Shown: positions 26,157 to 39,200, numbered from the stretch's first letter. The stretch is 64,000 nt of DNA from Cycas panzhihuaensis (GCA_023213395.1 CM041465.1:244783741-244847740), one strand, 5' to 3'. The notes: generated from the sequence alone by a model not told the origin. Numbers and translations are program-made.

Positions 26157-27711
26157 GTTATAAAAAACTTTAGAACATATAAAGTATGCTTTTACTAAAT
26201 CAAAAAAGTCAATAAGTAACTAAACTTATATGATATCAAATATATTTTTTAAAAGAAATATAATGCCTTTTGAAAATAAATGAACTAAATGCAATAAGGA
26301 AATAATGAATATAGAAGCAACTTTAAAATTATATACTAATATTCTTATAACGATAGAAATCTAAAATAAGACTTTAACCTTTAGATTTTCTTCAAATGAA
26401 TAAATGTAAATTCTTAATGCAATAAATCCTTAGCCTTGATAATAATATATAATGTTAAAAAATATGAAATATATGTATATTTTACTTTGAAAAATAAGGA
26501 GTATGAAGAAACTTTTTAAAAGAAGGGTTAGAGGATAACCTTAAGTTTGACAGCTTCAAAAATATAACAAAGGATATCAGAATGATGTGAAACTTTACGA
26601 ATATGAAGATAAACAAAATATGAATCCAACTGAACTAACCATTTTAAAAACGGGTTCCTATAAGTCAAGTTTTAATGATCCAAATTAAACAGACCTTGTT
26701 TTGAAGCCTAACAAGAGACGAGGCTCAAAATTGTATAAAAATGCTAATAAAACTTTATAAAATGTTGAGAAATAATTAAATATTATTTAGAAGACTACTC
26801 AATATACCTTTAGCTAAAAATTGTTGAGAAATATATATAAAAATGTGTAAAAAATAGCACATTTAAAATGATAAAGTACCTATATTTTGAGCGATTTAAA
26901 AATTAGTAAAAATACGTTAAAATGTATAAAAAACTATATCAAATCAAAGAGAATTGACCCAACAAAACTAACAAAACTAAATTTGGATGTCAAACAAAAA
27001 AGTTATTGCAGAAATAGTAATAGGTACCTTTATAGTAAAATGTTAAGAAAAATACTAAAAACCACTAAAATGCCACTTTCAGCGATTAAAATAGTGGTTA
27101 AAATGAATTCTAAAAAATAAAATAAAAGGTGGGTAATGAATTTTGTTGAATGTAGATTACTTTAGAAAAAAATCAGGCAAAAAATAGTTTCCCGGTAATA
27201 AAATACAATTAGTTCAAAAAGCGATTTTGTAAAATGTTGTAAAAAGGCTGAAAAAAAGGGTTGATTGACTTTAAATCGACTGAAACGGGGTCAAATCAGC
27301 AGTAAATTAGTCATATGACTAGTCAAAATTAATCTAAAAAAAATTTCTGATCTAATGGAATTGATTTCGTCAGAAACTGATGCTCCAGCGAGGAGTTATG
27401 ATAAAAAAACTCCAATAACCTTATGTAGGATTAAAAAATTAGAAAAAATAAAAGAAAGAAATTTTATAAAAGTGATGAAACCCTGTTTAAAATGAATTAA
27501 TGGTCACATGGCTGAGGGTTGAGTATGCAAGGGTTCTAGGGTTTAAAAACCTTGGATTGAAAATCTTATAGAATTTATTTAAATTTTTTTAAACTTTATA
27601 AAAAAAATAAATGAAACCTAAAAAAAAGAATGTTGTTGTCACACCTCACTGCTATCCCTGCACCCGCGCTATTGCTGCACGCGGCCTGTCACGTGAACAT
27701 GCGAAGAAACG

Positions 27712-28228
27712 AAGCTACGAAGAGAGCGTGAATATGATGTTGTGTTAAAGGAGTTACAAGACTCTCAGATTCAGGTTGTCGTGCTTCTAAAGGAATGCAG
27801 AGATGTTCAGCTTTGCTTTGGAGTTGATCATGACATTTCTAAAGATGATACTAGAATTGATATTGGTCCTTTAGCTCCTAATGGCACTATGATGAGGCAA
27901 CCTTTAAAGTTGCAGCTGATTGAAAGAGCAGTCCAGCACGATCGAGTCACTTCAAGGCACTGTTGGAATGTATAAGAGGCTTTATGAGGAAGAACTCAAA
28001 TCTCATTCATTTTTCCAGTATTCTACAGAAGTTTCTCCAGATGATGGAAGGAAGGATCTTAGGAGGCTTGTAGAGATTTCTCAGGAAGATTCCCGTAAGG
28101 CACAGGAGCAGGCTGCTGAGCGTGTTAAACATCTAGAAGAAGACATAAAGAATGCCCAACATGAAGCCTTTGCCTTGAGAGCTGAGAGAGATCAACTTGT
28201 GTTGGAAGCAAGCTATGCACGGGAAAGG
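27712..28228 (+). pseudogene. NUA: Intronless fragment of NUCLEAR PORE ANCHOR (TPR/Mlp homologue) with internal deletions and frameshifts
   Basis: LRRERE...QVVVLLKECRDVQL, DEATFKVAA, and EQSSTIESLQGTVGMYKRLYEEE...DGRKDL...RKAQEQAAERVKHLEED...LRAERDQLVLEASYARER match recalled plant NUA motifs (LLKECRDVQL, MYKRLYEEE, RSERDKLAMEANFARE). Confidence 0.88.
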
Positions 28229-28663
28229 AGGATTTTATACAAGTTGTAGAACACTCTATTACTGTCACACTTCTGTATATTGCTTTGGTTGCTGGTCTTC
28301 TTAATCGATTTCCAATGAAATTTACACAGCATTCAACTGGTCACTTGAGAAATCGTAAGGCTAGGGGCTCTAGCAGATCATCATGGAGATATTGTGATGT
28401 TTGCTAATGTTACAGGAGTTGATGAAGTAAAGGAGGAGCTTGAAGAAATTGTTGAATTTCTACGAAACCCAGATAGGTATGCACACCTTGGTGCTCGTCC
28501 TCCCCAAGGAGTCCTCCTAGTTGGGCTGCCTGGGATAGGAAAGACTCTTCTAGCAAAGGTAGTAGTTGGGAAAGCTGATGTTCCTTTCATAAGCTATTCA
28601 GCAAGTGAGTTTGTTGAACTATATGTTGGTATGGGAGCATCTCGTATGCGCGACCTCTTTGCA
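28222..28663 (+). pseudogene. FTSH9: Intronless, permuted fragment of the chloroplast FtsH7/FtsH9-type AAA protease
   Basis: LLYIALVAGLLNRFP...TGHLRNRK, a frameshift, then [51 protein letters not shown]...[22 protein letters not shown]. The LVGLPG and YVGMGASR signatures fit the FtsH7/9 clade. It stops before Walker B. Confidence 0.92.
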
Positions 28664-31600
28664 GGACCAAGCAATGTCTAAGGTTCGTTAGGGGTGAACC
28701 TCGACCAAAGACTATAGTGTGAAGCCAAACCTTCAGCATACGACTCAAAGAATTTTCTCTTTGTGATTATGTTACAGATTCAATTGTTACAACCCAGGTG
28801 ATAACTCAGCAGGTAGAGCCGGCTTTAAGGTAGTGATTCCCTAAAAATTTGCTTAATGTGCAAAAAATTGAAAGCAGTCATATCCAAGTCATGCAAGCAG
28901 CAATGAAGCTTGAGATTCCTATCACTATGACTCAAGTGGAAAGCAATGACTGTAATAAAAAAACTTGATAAAGTGCCCTATATACTATTGAGGATTTAAA
29001 ATTTTAGTAGGAGATTTGGAATGTAGATGGCTAAATCCCAAATCTTCGTTTATGTAATATGTGGAATATTGTATTCTTTTTGTAAAGGATGTACTATTTC
29101 AAAAAATCATATATCTGTATAAAGAAAATATGAAAACAATGTTGAGTTTTTCTGTTGAACAGGAATAGTATTCATACAAATTGTATACCATGAAAAAATA
29201 TTTCAAACATATGTTGAGCTTTTGGATATGAGATAATGACTGCAAAGAATATTTCAAAAAATATATAGATATTTTTGTACAAAAAATATAAAAAATGTTG
29301 ATTTTTTTTTTGTTGATTCAATAGAGCACAAATGAAAATAGAAGATTTCAAATATTTTGACAGAAATATATCAAGCAAATAAGATGCATGTATATGTATC
29401 TGAAATCTTTTCAAATATGTTGCAACAGATGTATCAAAAATATGTGTTTAAAACTGAAAAAAATAACTAAAGAACCTGGTAAATATGGTTGTAACTGACT
29501 TGCATAAGTGAGATCTGCTGTTTAAACTTTTGCAGAAGGTTGAATATGCCTCAAAAAATTGTAGATCTAGTAATGTAATTGATTTGTAGACAAAAATAAG
29601 CTTCCAATAGATAAATTTTCTTCCTCACAAGTTGAATATAGGAAGATCTGTAGATCTGAAAGGCTGAATATGCAAAAAAAAACTGTAGATCTGTAACAAA
29701 CTTGAAAAAATATCATCAAATATATGATGAAAAAATATAGATCTAAAAGAGAATATAACAGATCTAAAGAAAACTTGAGAAAATATTGCAGATTTTAAGC
29801 TAAATATTACAGATCTGACGTGAGTATAGTAGATCTATAGCCAAATATTACAGATCTAAATGAGTATACTAGAGAAATGGTCAAATAACTGGTAAAACAA
29901 GTAGATGTGTATACTATGTAGCAGATCTGAAGTGAAATGTAGTAGATCTAAAAAAAATAACTCAAATATGAGAAAAAACTTGAATATATATAACTTATTG
30001 CTAAAAATAATGATGAAATATAAGATAAAATGTGTAGAACTGAAGAAATATGGATCAAAGCTGAGAAAAAACTTGAGCAAATATGGCTTGCTACTGAAAT
30101 CCTATGTAGATATGCACAAATCTAAAAATATATCTGAGAAACATTTGTTAAACAAAAAATATAACTCAATAATAGTCAAAATCTACTGAAATAATATATA
30201 AAACTTGCTGAAATTTTTTTAGAAAATAAATATTGTTAATATTTCTTGCTTGTAAGAAAATCTGTCATAGAATGCTAGTAAATCCTATTGCTCTTCTTCA
30301 AAAAACTTCACCAATGGAGATGCAATAGCCCAAAATCTCGCTCTGATACCAATTGATGGAAATAATGTTGCAGCAGAACAAGGCAGAACATATATCAAAT
30401 AACCATAAATCAATATTGCATTAATACATCAATGTATCATAATCACAATAGCATAAACTATGAAAACATTATTATTCAATCCATTGTAGCAGAAAAGAGT
30501 AATACAAATTTCTAATAAAGAGGCGGTGTCTAAAAGACACCAGGGTTGCACACCCCTTAATATTTATAATTTGGGGGAGGAGGGAAACTCCTCAACCCCT
30601 GAATTCAAAATAATAATAAAATAATGTTTACTTAACTCAAATGAAACTAACTCAACTTAACATAAATCAAAGTTAAACTTACCTTAACTTACCTTGACAT
30701 GTTGAGTATCACATATTTAAATTGAAGTTGATGAGGTGTACAATCCTGGTTGGAAAGGTGGGAGTGGAGTGATGACGATTAACTCTAATAATATCTAATT
30801 CTATATTAAATTTAATTAATGTTTATTCTACAAAGTAAATATAAAGATGGAGAGTAGGGATTTTCTAATGTTAAGCTCTGAAGTTATACTACCTTAAGTT
30901 TGAATGAGATTTAGATAAACTTTTTGTTTTCAACATACTTTTAATCATTCTATTATACCAATTATTTATCACTATATAATAGCCATTAAGAAGCCATTTT
31001 ATTATCCCTTAGAAGCAAGTGTGGTGGTTAGTATAGTAATTATTAATTCCTCATGTTTGAATATTATTTTAAATTTATTTTATAAATGGACATTTATCCT
31101 TATTCTAGTATAAATAAGGTTAGGTTTAAATATATTGAGAGCTATGATTATGCTAAAATAGCCTAGAAAAATCATTCTTAATATTAAAATATGGTACAAG
31201 AAAACATATTCCCATACCACATGTAAGACACACTAACCAATCACAGGTCTAGGATTCACAACAACACATTATTATGTCATGTTAAATATTAAAAAATCAT
31301 CATAAGGATATGTACACAAATATTATGAAATATAAGAAATAAATCATATCAAATATATGAACATGCATAAACATCACCGCGAGATGCCATATATAAACAT
31401 GGAAAACCCAAACTAGGGAAAAACCATAGGAGAAGGTTGAAGGCTAGCTTCACTCTATTAATTATATAATAAAGACACCCCTTCCACTCTCAAGTTTTTC
31501 AAGTGGGTATGTACATATTTATAGAACAATCTACCTCATGATGAGCCTATCACATTACAAAGCCTTCTAACTTTCCAATAAGAGGTTACTATTAATAATT

Positions 31601-32099
31601 GTGCATTTGTTACATTAAGCAATATTATTATATGAGAGAATATTAAACATTAACCATGTGAATAATACCATATTCTAATACTTAAAAGTATATTATTATG
31701 TGAGATTCAAAATATTATTACAAAATTTAAGTTTTTTCTTAAAGAAGTTACTTCTCAAGCAATGATCAACTACTTTCTTTGCTACACCCCTTTTGAAATT
31801 ATGGCTAAGACTCAACATTGAAAAAAGGAGGATATTTTTTCTTAAAAAGATCCATATACTTCATGTTTAAAGGTTTCTTTACAATATAATTAAAATTATG
31901 AAGTAATGCAAAAATGCACTATTGAGAGGTCCATTGCCCTCTAAAAAAAATCTTGATATACTAGCATAATATCTTTAAAATTCCTTAATGGTTTGAGTTT
32001 TCTTTAATGCCTATGCTGTATGAAAAATTTTTAAAGGAAATTACAAGCTTACAAAGTATATTTATATGTAAAGGACATACTTGATTACTCAATCATTAG

Positions 32100-35000
32100 C
32101 TTAATATTAAGGATTATGTCAAAGTCAGTTTGTTTATGGAGCTCAAGGACCATATTAATGGTTAGTGTGATAAATAGAAGCTAATTTGAAAGGCGGTATA
32201 TTGATGTTGGAACATCACTATACACATGTATTTTTTGTTATAACTCTTAAGAGATTTTGATTGAAGTATAGTTTAAGTAAAGGTAATAATCTTAACACAC
32301 TTTGCAGGCTAGCACTTTGTTGACAGATGAATTTGGATGGGTCCTTAGAAGTGTGCTTCAGCGAGGCTAAATTTTATAAAGTACACATGTTAATAAGTTA
32401 CTGGCTATGGGATTGGGAAAGTTCATGGAATTAGCATTTGCAAGTTGGTGTCTCATTATATATAAAGTTTAGAGTGGACTCCATGAGAGGAAACATTAGT
32501 GGTAGAAGAGCTTATAAATTTAAAGATTCATGAAGTAGATATATTATAGTTTTACAAGATTCATGAGTTATGCTCCATGAGAAGTAACTTTACTTAAATG
32601 AGTGTTAAGGTGATTGATCACTACAAATTGAATATTCATAAAGGAGTAAGGTGCAGAAAGAACAGTAATTACCAAATCACCTAACATGTGTCATTATCAT
32701 ACGGGTTCATAAAATAGTTCTAGCTTGTTTAAGTTACTAGAGAATTATCAGAGATTAAGTGAAGTTGCAAGGTAGAAAGACATGAAGTGAACCATAGCCA
32801 TAGGGTTGAGGCTATGCGGTAGTATCAAAGGGAGTTTGAGAGATAGTGTTTCACTTCTTTAGGTCACTACAAAAAGAAAAATAAGAAATCAATAAAGTTA
32901 AAAGAAATCAAGCAAGTGATGATTTAATAAACTAGTGGTATGTGAGGTCACAAATTGATGAGGTGTAAAGTGAATCAAATCATGACATGTGGTAGGTTTC
33001 TAAAGTTAAAGTTTGTTAAAATGAAGAAGTTATAGAAAAGGAAGGAAGTTCACAAAATAGTAAGTCCTAAACTATGAAATTTATAAAGTATGCAAGGGAT
33101 AGAATCTCACAGAGAATAATGAGAAAAAAATGGTATAACTAATTGTGATGATTCATGCTCCACTAATCATGTGAAGCTCACTAAAGGCATTGATAGATTA
33201 TGCATATTAATTTATTCCTAGTGACATTTAAGAATAGGCATTCTTACTCACATGATATGCACTATAAATTATGAGTGGAAAGTAGTAGAACATCATGATG
33301 GCATAAAGGAAACTTTATGAAGGAGGTTAAGGTAATGATGACAATTAGAGTAGAACCTTGGGCTAGCAAATTATAATGTCATGAGGAGAAAGGAAAGAAT
33401 TTATTTAACTTAGACATGATTCCATAGGAACTCTTTAGTAATTGGTAGGTCTATAAAGAAGAGGAGATGTAGAGTAGTAAAAAGGTAGTAAAATTTTATT
33501 TTCCTATGTATCATAATATTAGTTTCTTTTGGTATTTTCCTTTATAATGTGATCATTTCTTTATAATATAAAAATTATTTCTAAGAAAATTTTAGTTATA
33601 ATGATGTTGAGCTCTTGTTCTATGTGTGTTATCTGATTCTTGGTTATAAACCATCCTTATCCTTCAAGAGGCATATAGTCATTTGGTATCAAGGCATTAT
33701 TAAGAGAAAAGCATTGCATCATATATTGTCAGAGTGAAGGTTGCCAAAGAGTTGGATTATTGAAGAGTCAAAGAAAAGGAACTATCTCCACCATCTAAAA
33801 CTTGAGTATAGGTTGAGAGAGAACCCTAATAGAATGGTAAGAAGTATGAGAGGAGAAGGGGTAGTAAACAATAGATAGTTAGAATCCTTAAGGAAAAGAG
33901 AAGAAGAGATGACAAGTAGATCAAGGTTAGGATAAGACCAAGAATTATAACTAACAAAGACTAGAGATGAGGAATACAAATAATAATAGACTAATCTCAA
34001 AGAATTATTAGTTAAGTTACTAAGTAAAAAGAAGTAAGTTACTAAGTAAAAAGAAGAGATCAATGAAGATTAAGATTTTAAACTTTAGAGGGATTCCAAA
34101 AGCTCAAGAATTATTATATTTAATGACTTCCATGGAAAAGTACTTTAAATAAGAGTTGATGGAATACACCAAGTAAGTGAAGTTTGCAATCATGAGGCTG
34201 AAAGGATATGCAACTTTATGGTAGAAGCATTTACAAAAGGATAGATTGAGGAATGGCAAGACGAAGGTTACTAGGTAGAGTAATATAGTAGCCAAGATAA
34301 AGAAGAAATTATTGTCCATGGATTATGAACAAGATTTGTTTAAGAAATATTAGAACCTGAGATAAAGGGAGAATAGTGTCTAAGAGTATACAAACGAATT
34401 CAATAAGTTATCCATCAAAATTGGGCATAATAGAGGCATGGAGTAGAAGATATCCAAATTTATAAATATCCTAATTTTTTCTATTCAAGATGAGCTCACC
34501 TTACACATGGTGAGAATTATTAAAGAATCCTACTAGATGGCTTTAATAGTTAAAAAAAAAAAAAAAAAAAAAAAAGAAGGCCAATGGTAGGAAGAGGAAG
34601 AGCATCACTATAGGAAGCTCATGGAGGATTAAGACCTATAAATCATGAGGGCAATCCAAAAATTGAGAGGACAGAAGATTCTAAGATGTATATACCATCT
34701 AGAGGAAGAGGTCAATATACCACTTTAAGAGGGAGGTGTTGGCATAATTATATTCTACTAAGATGATGAGGTTTTACGAGTGGATTTTCTACACCAAGAA
34801 GAACTTTAAGATGTTATAGATATAGATAGTAAGGTCATACGGAATACAAGTATGCCTTAATAAATTAAGACTAAGTAAGAAGTCAATATGTTAAGTCAAA
34901 TCTAATGTAAGAAGGAGAAAAGGTAGGAACTTTAGCACCTTCCACTTCTAAATATTCAAAAGGATTTTTAGAATGTTGTTAGGTGTGAGCAATATAAGAA

Positions 35001-36253
35001 AAGGAAAGTAGGTTGATGGAGACAAATTAAAGGAGAGAAAGTAAATCTTTAACACCTAATGTGATTTAAGACATAAGAATTGTAAAGTAATTATTAATAG
35101 TAGAAACTATGAAAATACGATAGCTCTAGGCATGATATAAGAGTTGAAGATTCCATGTCAAAAGCATGAATTATCTTATAAAATTTTATGGTTTAAGAAA
35201 GGAGGTAAAACTATTATTGAGGGGAGATGTTTGGTATCACTTTAGGTTAGTGATTATAAAGATAAGGTTTAATGTAGTGTCCTCCTAATAGATGCTTGTC
35301 ATGTGCTATAGGGAAGGCCATGGAAATTTAATTAGAGAGCCATACATGATGGTAGAAGGAACTCTTACACTATATCCAAAGAAGGTAGAAGATTTGAGCT
35401 TTTTTTTTGTAAGACATGAATATCATGAGGTAGTAGCTATTTTAGGGAAGAAATTTATGAAGAAGGTATAGATGATGGGTGTATCCTTTGTGCCTAAATT
35501 AAATAAGGTTGACGATAAACCATGTGGGTAAATACTTGAAGAAGTGGTGAGACTCTTAAGTAATTATAAAGGCATAACACTAGAGGATTTGCCATCAATC
35601 ATTTCAAATTAATCCTAAGATCAAGATTGCCCAAACAAACAATATATAAAATGAGCCCTTAGGAGAATGAGGAAGTAAATAAGCCAATGCAATAACTATT
35701 GCAGAAGGGTTTAAGAAGAGAGAGTATAAGCCCTTATGTTACACCTACACTCCTCACCCCAAAGAAGGATGGAACTTAAGGGATATATGTCAATTCAAGA
35801 ATATTATAATAAAGTATTAACTTCTTTTACCAATGATGGATGACATTATAGATATGCTCAAAGGAGTAACTTATTTTTTAAAGATTGATCTTCAAAGTGG
35901 ATATCATCAAATCTTCTTGTATAAGTGGCTATTTATGTTATTTGGACTTTTAGTCATGTTAAGTACCCTCATACAATTGATGAATGCAGCATTAGAACCA
36001 TATTTGGGTAAGTTCATGATTATATACTTTAATGATATGCTAGTGTTTGGCAAATCTAAGGAGGAGCATTTAAAACACTTATAGATGGCCTTTAATTTTC
36101 TCTAAAGGGACAAGTTATACGTGAACCCTAAAAAGAGCAATTTCATATAGAATCATCTAATGTATTTAGGTTTTGCACTGTCAATATATCTCAAAAAGGT
36201 GAGAGTGATAATTGAATGGCCAATTCCAACCATCATAATAAGGGTTAAGAGTT
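32100..36253 (+). mobile_element. Old CRM-like Gypsy (5' LTR, PBS, gag-PR-RT), truncated by the LINE
   Basis: LTR end and PBS tggtatcaaggc at 33684-95; relic DACHVL.GRPWKF...HDGRRNSY (about 35290-35370); RT YFLKIDLQSGYHQI (35833-36084). The left boundary is uncertain. Confidence 0.75.
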
Positions 36254-39200
36254 TTTTTTTTTCTTTTGTAGGGGTTAGGAATAATGCTTTATTATATAAA
36301 AAATATATATATACAACATGATACAACAAAAAATCTAGGGAGAAAACATCATCCCCACCATCCTATGGATGAGAATAAAAAGGATCAAACCTATAAAAAG
36401 GTATATGAAAAGGCTACATACCTAAATTAATCTACCTCCCAATCTCCTCTAATAAAGAGGTAATATTTGAACCCCAACCATCATCCCCCTTATTTGGGGG
36501 ATCCTCTCATAGTTTTTAGTCCTTACATATTATTGGATTAATAGTTATAAAGACAAGCATTTAAGTGGCATGTTCAATCATCATAGGGCTAGCTAGGCAA
36601 AGTGTTGAGTGTTGCTTCTACTAGGATAGGCTAGGATGGATGTGGCAAGGTCTACTTCTTACTCTAGGGCAACTTTAGTGTGGGTTGACTAACCTCAAAC
36701 TACTCTCATGGGATAACACTCTAGATATTATACATGGGCAATGCCTAAATGATTAATTAGCTTAAGTAGATAGCTAAGTTTAACCAAGCTCTTCTACACT
36801 TGGGCATTAATATATAAGATACATAATTAAATTATCATTAGAAACACATCAACTAGGAAGGTGTATGTGGGTGCTTTTTGTTAAAAACCTATATTATTTC
36901 TAATTTTTCAAATGGAGTAAAGCACTTTTATTCTCAACATTCCCCAAGTTAAGTGTAGGGAAGAGGGGAGGAATTTGATGTTTAAAAATAGGGTTATATT
37001 CTAGTTAATCATAATAAAGGTGGGAGGTAAGAGGAAATGGATAACAAGGTACCATGCTAAGTTGGCAAAGGAACACCACCAAAATAAGAATAGTGGGATT
37101 TCTCTCTATTTATAAAACATGCATGCCACATCGACATGACCCATTTTGGGTAATTGGTCTTTGACTACAAAGCCTTTGTAAAGAAGAGACTAGGCACAAA
37201 AAAGCTTCTTTGATTCCACTAATGCTTGTCTAAGTCTTTTAAACTACCACTTCTACATTAATTCACCATAGTTAACTTTGTAGATGGTATTAAGACTACT
37301 AGTTATCCCATCATTAGCTATGAGGTGCCTATATGCATGTGAGTCTATAAACCTTTTGGATGGCTTTAAGTGGTTCTAGGCTCATTTATGCCATCAATTA
37401 TTGCACCTAGTCATGGCTAGTTTTAGGATTAACTTCATTGTAAGATAATCATAGATCTCCTTGATGATATACTTGTTAGAGATTTTAAGGTTGAGTTCTT
37501 GCTAATATCTAGGCATGTCTTCTACCATATTTAAGTCTTATCATATAATTGCCCTACTTTAGCAAGCCCCCTTTTAGATAATCAAATAGCTCCAAATCAT
37601 TAAATTTACTCTAGGCATTTATGATCTTATTTTAATAGTTGAGACCATCAAATTAAGTGATTTGAGAAATATAAATCTTTATATGGTTCATTTCTTCTTT
37701 AGCTTAGTAATGCTTTACAACTTTCCCAACTCAACTAAATCAATTTGAAAGGGGTGAACCTACAACCTTGACTTGTATTAGTGTAATTAGAGTGTCATGA
37801 ATGGTTAGCATAATTTTTTTGTTATTATCAAATAGCCTAAATTGTGTTATATTATGCTTGATGAGGATTTTCTAGGGATCTTCCCCATTGATGACCTTAA
37901 TTAGCCACTTGATGCACAAAGCTTGACCTTGGAGTTTGATATTAATTAGTCTGAAGTCCCCCTGACATTTAGGTTTACAGGAAAATTGCTAGTTAACTCC
38001 ATAAAATGCTTTTTATTCCCTTTAAGGTTTGGCCACATATAAGCTTTATGTAACCTAATAAGCCTATAGTAGATTGTATTTAAGGGCACCTAGCATGGAG
38101 AGTAATATACATGAGTGATAGTGAAGATATTATAGTAGTCTTGAAACTTACTTACCAAAGATAAATATTTGGATGACTATGAGTTGAGCCTTTTTTAGTT
38201 CTCCTAAGCATATACTCCCACATCTCCATAAGAGATACACTAAACCTAAAAGGAATGCTAAGGAATCTAAAGAACTCATTGGTTATAATCCATTTCTAAT
38301 TAAAGGAAACAAGCTAATTAGCTAGATCTCTTATATATTGTAAATAATAATATGTTTTCTTCTAATTTATGTTGGAACTAAAGGCTTCATATAAGACATC
38401 CACTGCCTTAAGGGCCTACTCCATAGATTAAGGCTCTACCTTGCTAGTAAGAAAAGAGTCATTAATGAAGTGTCTATTGATTAATTATTTATCTTTACCT
38501 AGTAGGCTAATACCCCTAGGTAAACCAATATTGAATTTATCTTAGAGCAAGTAACCCAAAGCATTAGTAATTAACACATATAAAGAAGGGGCAAGAGGAC
38601 AACCTTGTTATGTTTATTTTTATAGATGGATTGGCTAAGAAGGTGCCCCATTAATTAGAATTATAGTTGAGGCATCTTTAAAGAGAATTTATACCATCCA
38701 TATGAGCCTATCACCAAAGCTCAAGGCCCTGATTATGTCTAGGATATAACTACACTCGACTTAGTCATTTGATTTATCAAAGTCTCATCTCATAAATAGT
38801 GTGTCTTGCCTAGTGGATCTGTCCCACTCTATTCCTTCACCTATGCCAATTATGTTGTCTAAAATAAATCTCCATTTATTAAAATTAGTTTGCTTTAGGT
38901 GGATAATATCTACCAACTGATGTTTAATTCTAATTACTAAAGTTATAGCTAGGATCTTATAAGTTATATTTAGAAGGGTAATAGACCTCTAACTACAAAT
39001 GGATTATTAGTCACCACCTTTTAGGATGAGCTTGATGGAACCTTGATTGATAATCCCCTCAAGAGATATTATTTGCAAGACCTCTTGGTATACTTTTAAA
39101 AGGATCAAGCTTATGAAGTCCCATGTGGCTTTATAGAATTTACATGGGAACCATTAAATGTTAAGGATTTGCCATTAGCCATCACATGGACAATTTCAAT

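Larger units (their letters stand above)
24992..30790 (-). mobile_element. Non-autonomous gag-only Copia-type LTR retrotransposon (TR-GAG-like) carrying host cDNA fragments
   Basis: LTRs 24992-25418 and 30354-30790, roughly 93-94% identical by manual count. Perfect TSD atatc (24987-91 / 30791-95). Perfect PBS-Met reverse complement gctctgatacca at 30340-51. PPT reverse complement ttctccccctt at 25419-29. No pol motifs seen. Confidence 0.93.

Noticed and set aside
28394-28681. Functional or horizontally acquired bacterial ftsH
   Set aside because: Frameshifted, truncated before Walker B, carries plant FtsH7/9-type motifs and sits inside an LTR element.
31280-31680. Possible Copia solo LTR (catggaaaaccc...gggaaaaaccatagg motif)
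   Set aside because: Could not define both termini or a TSD.
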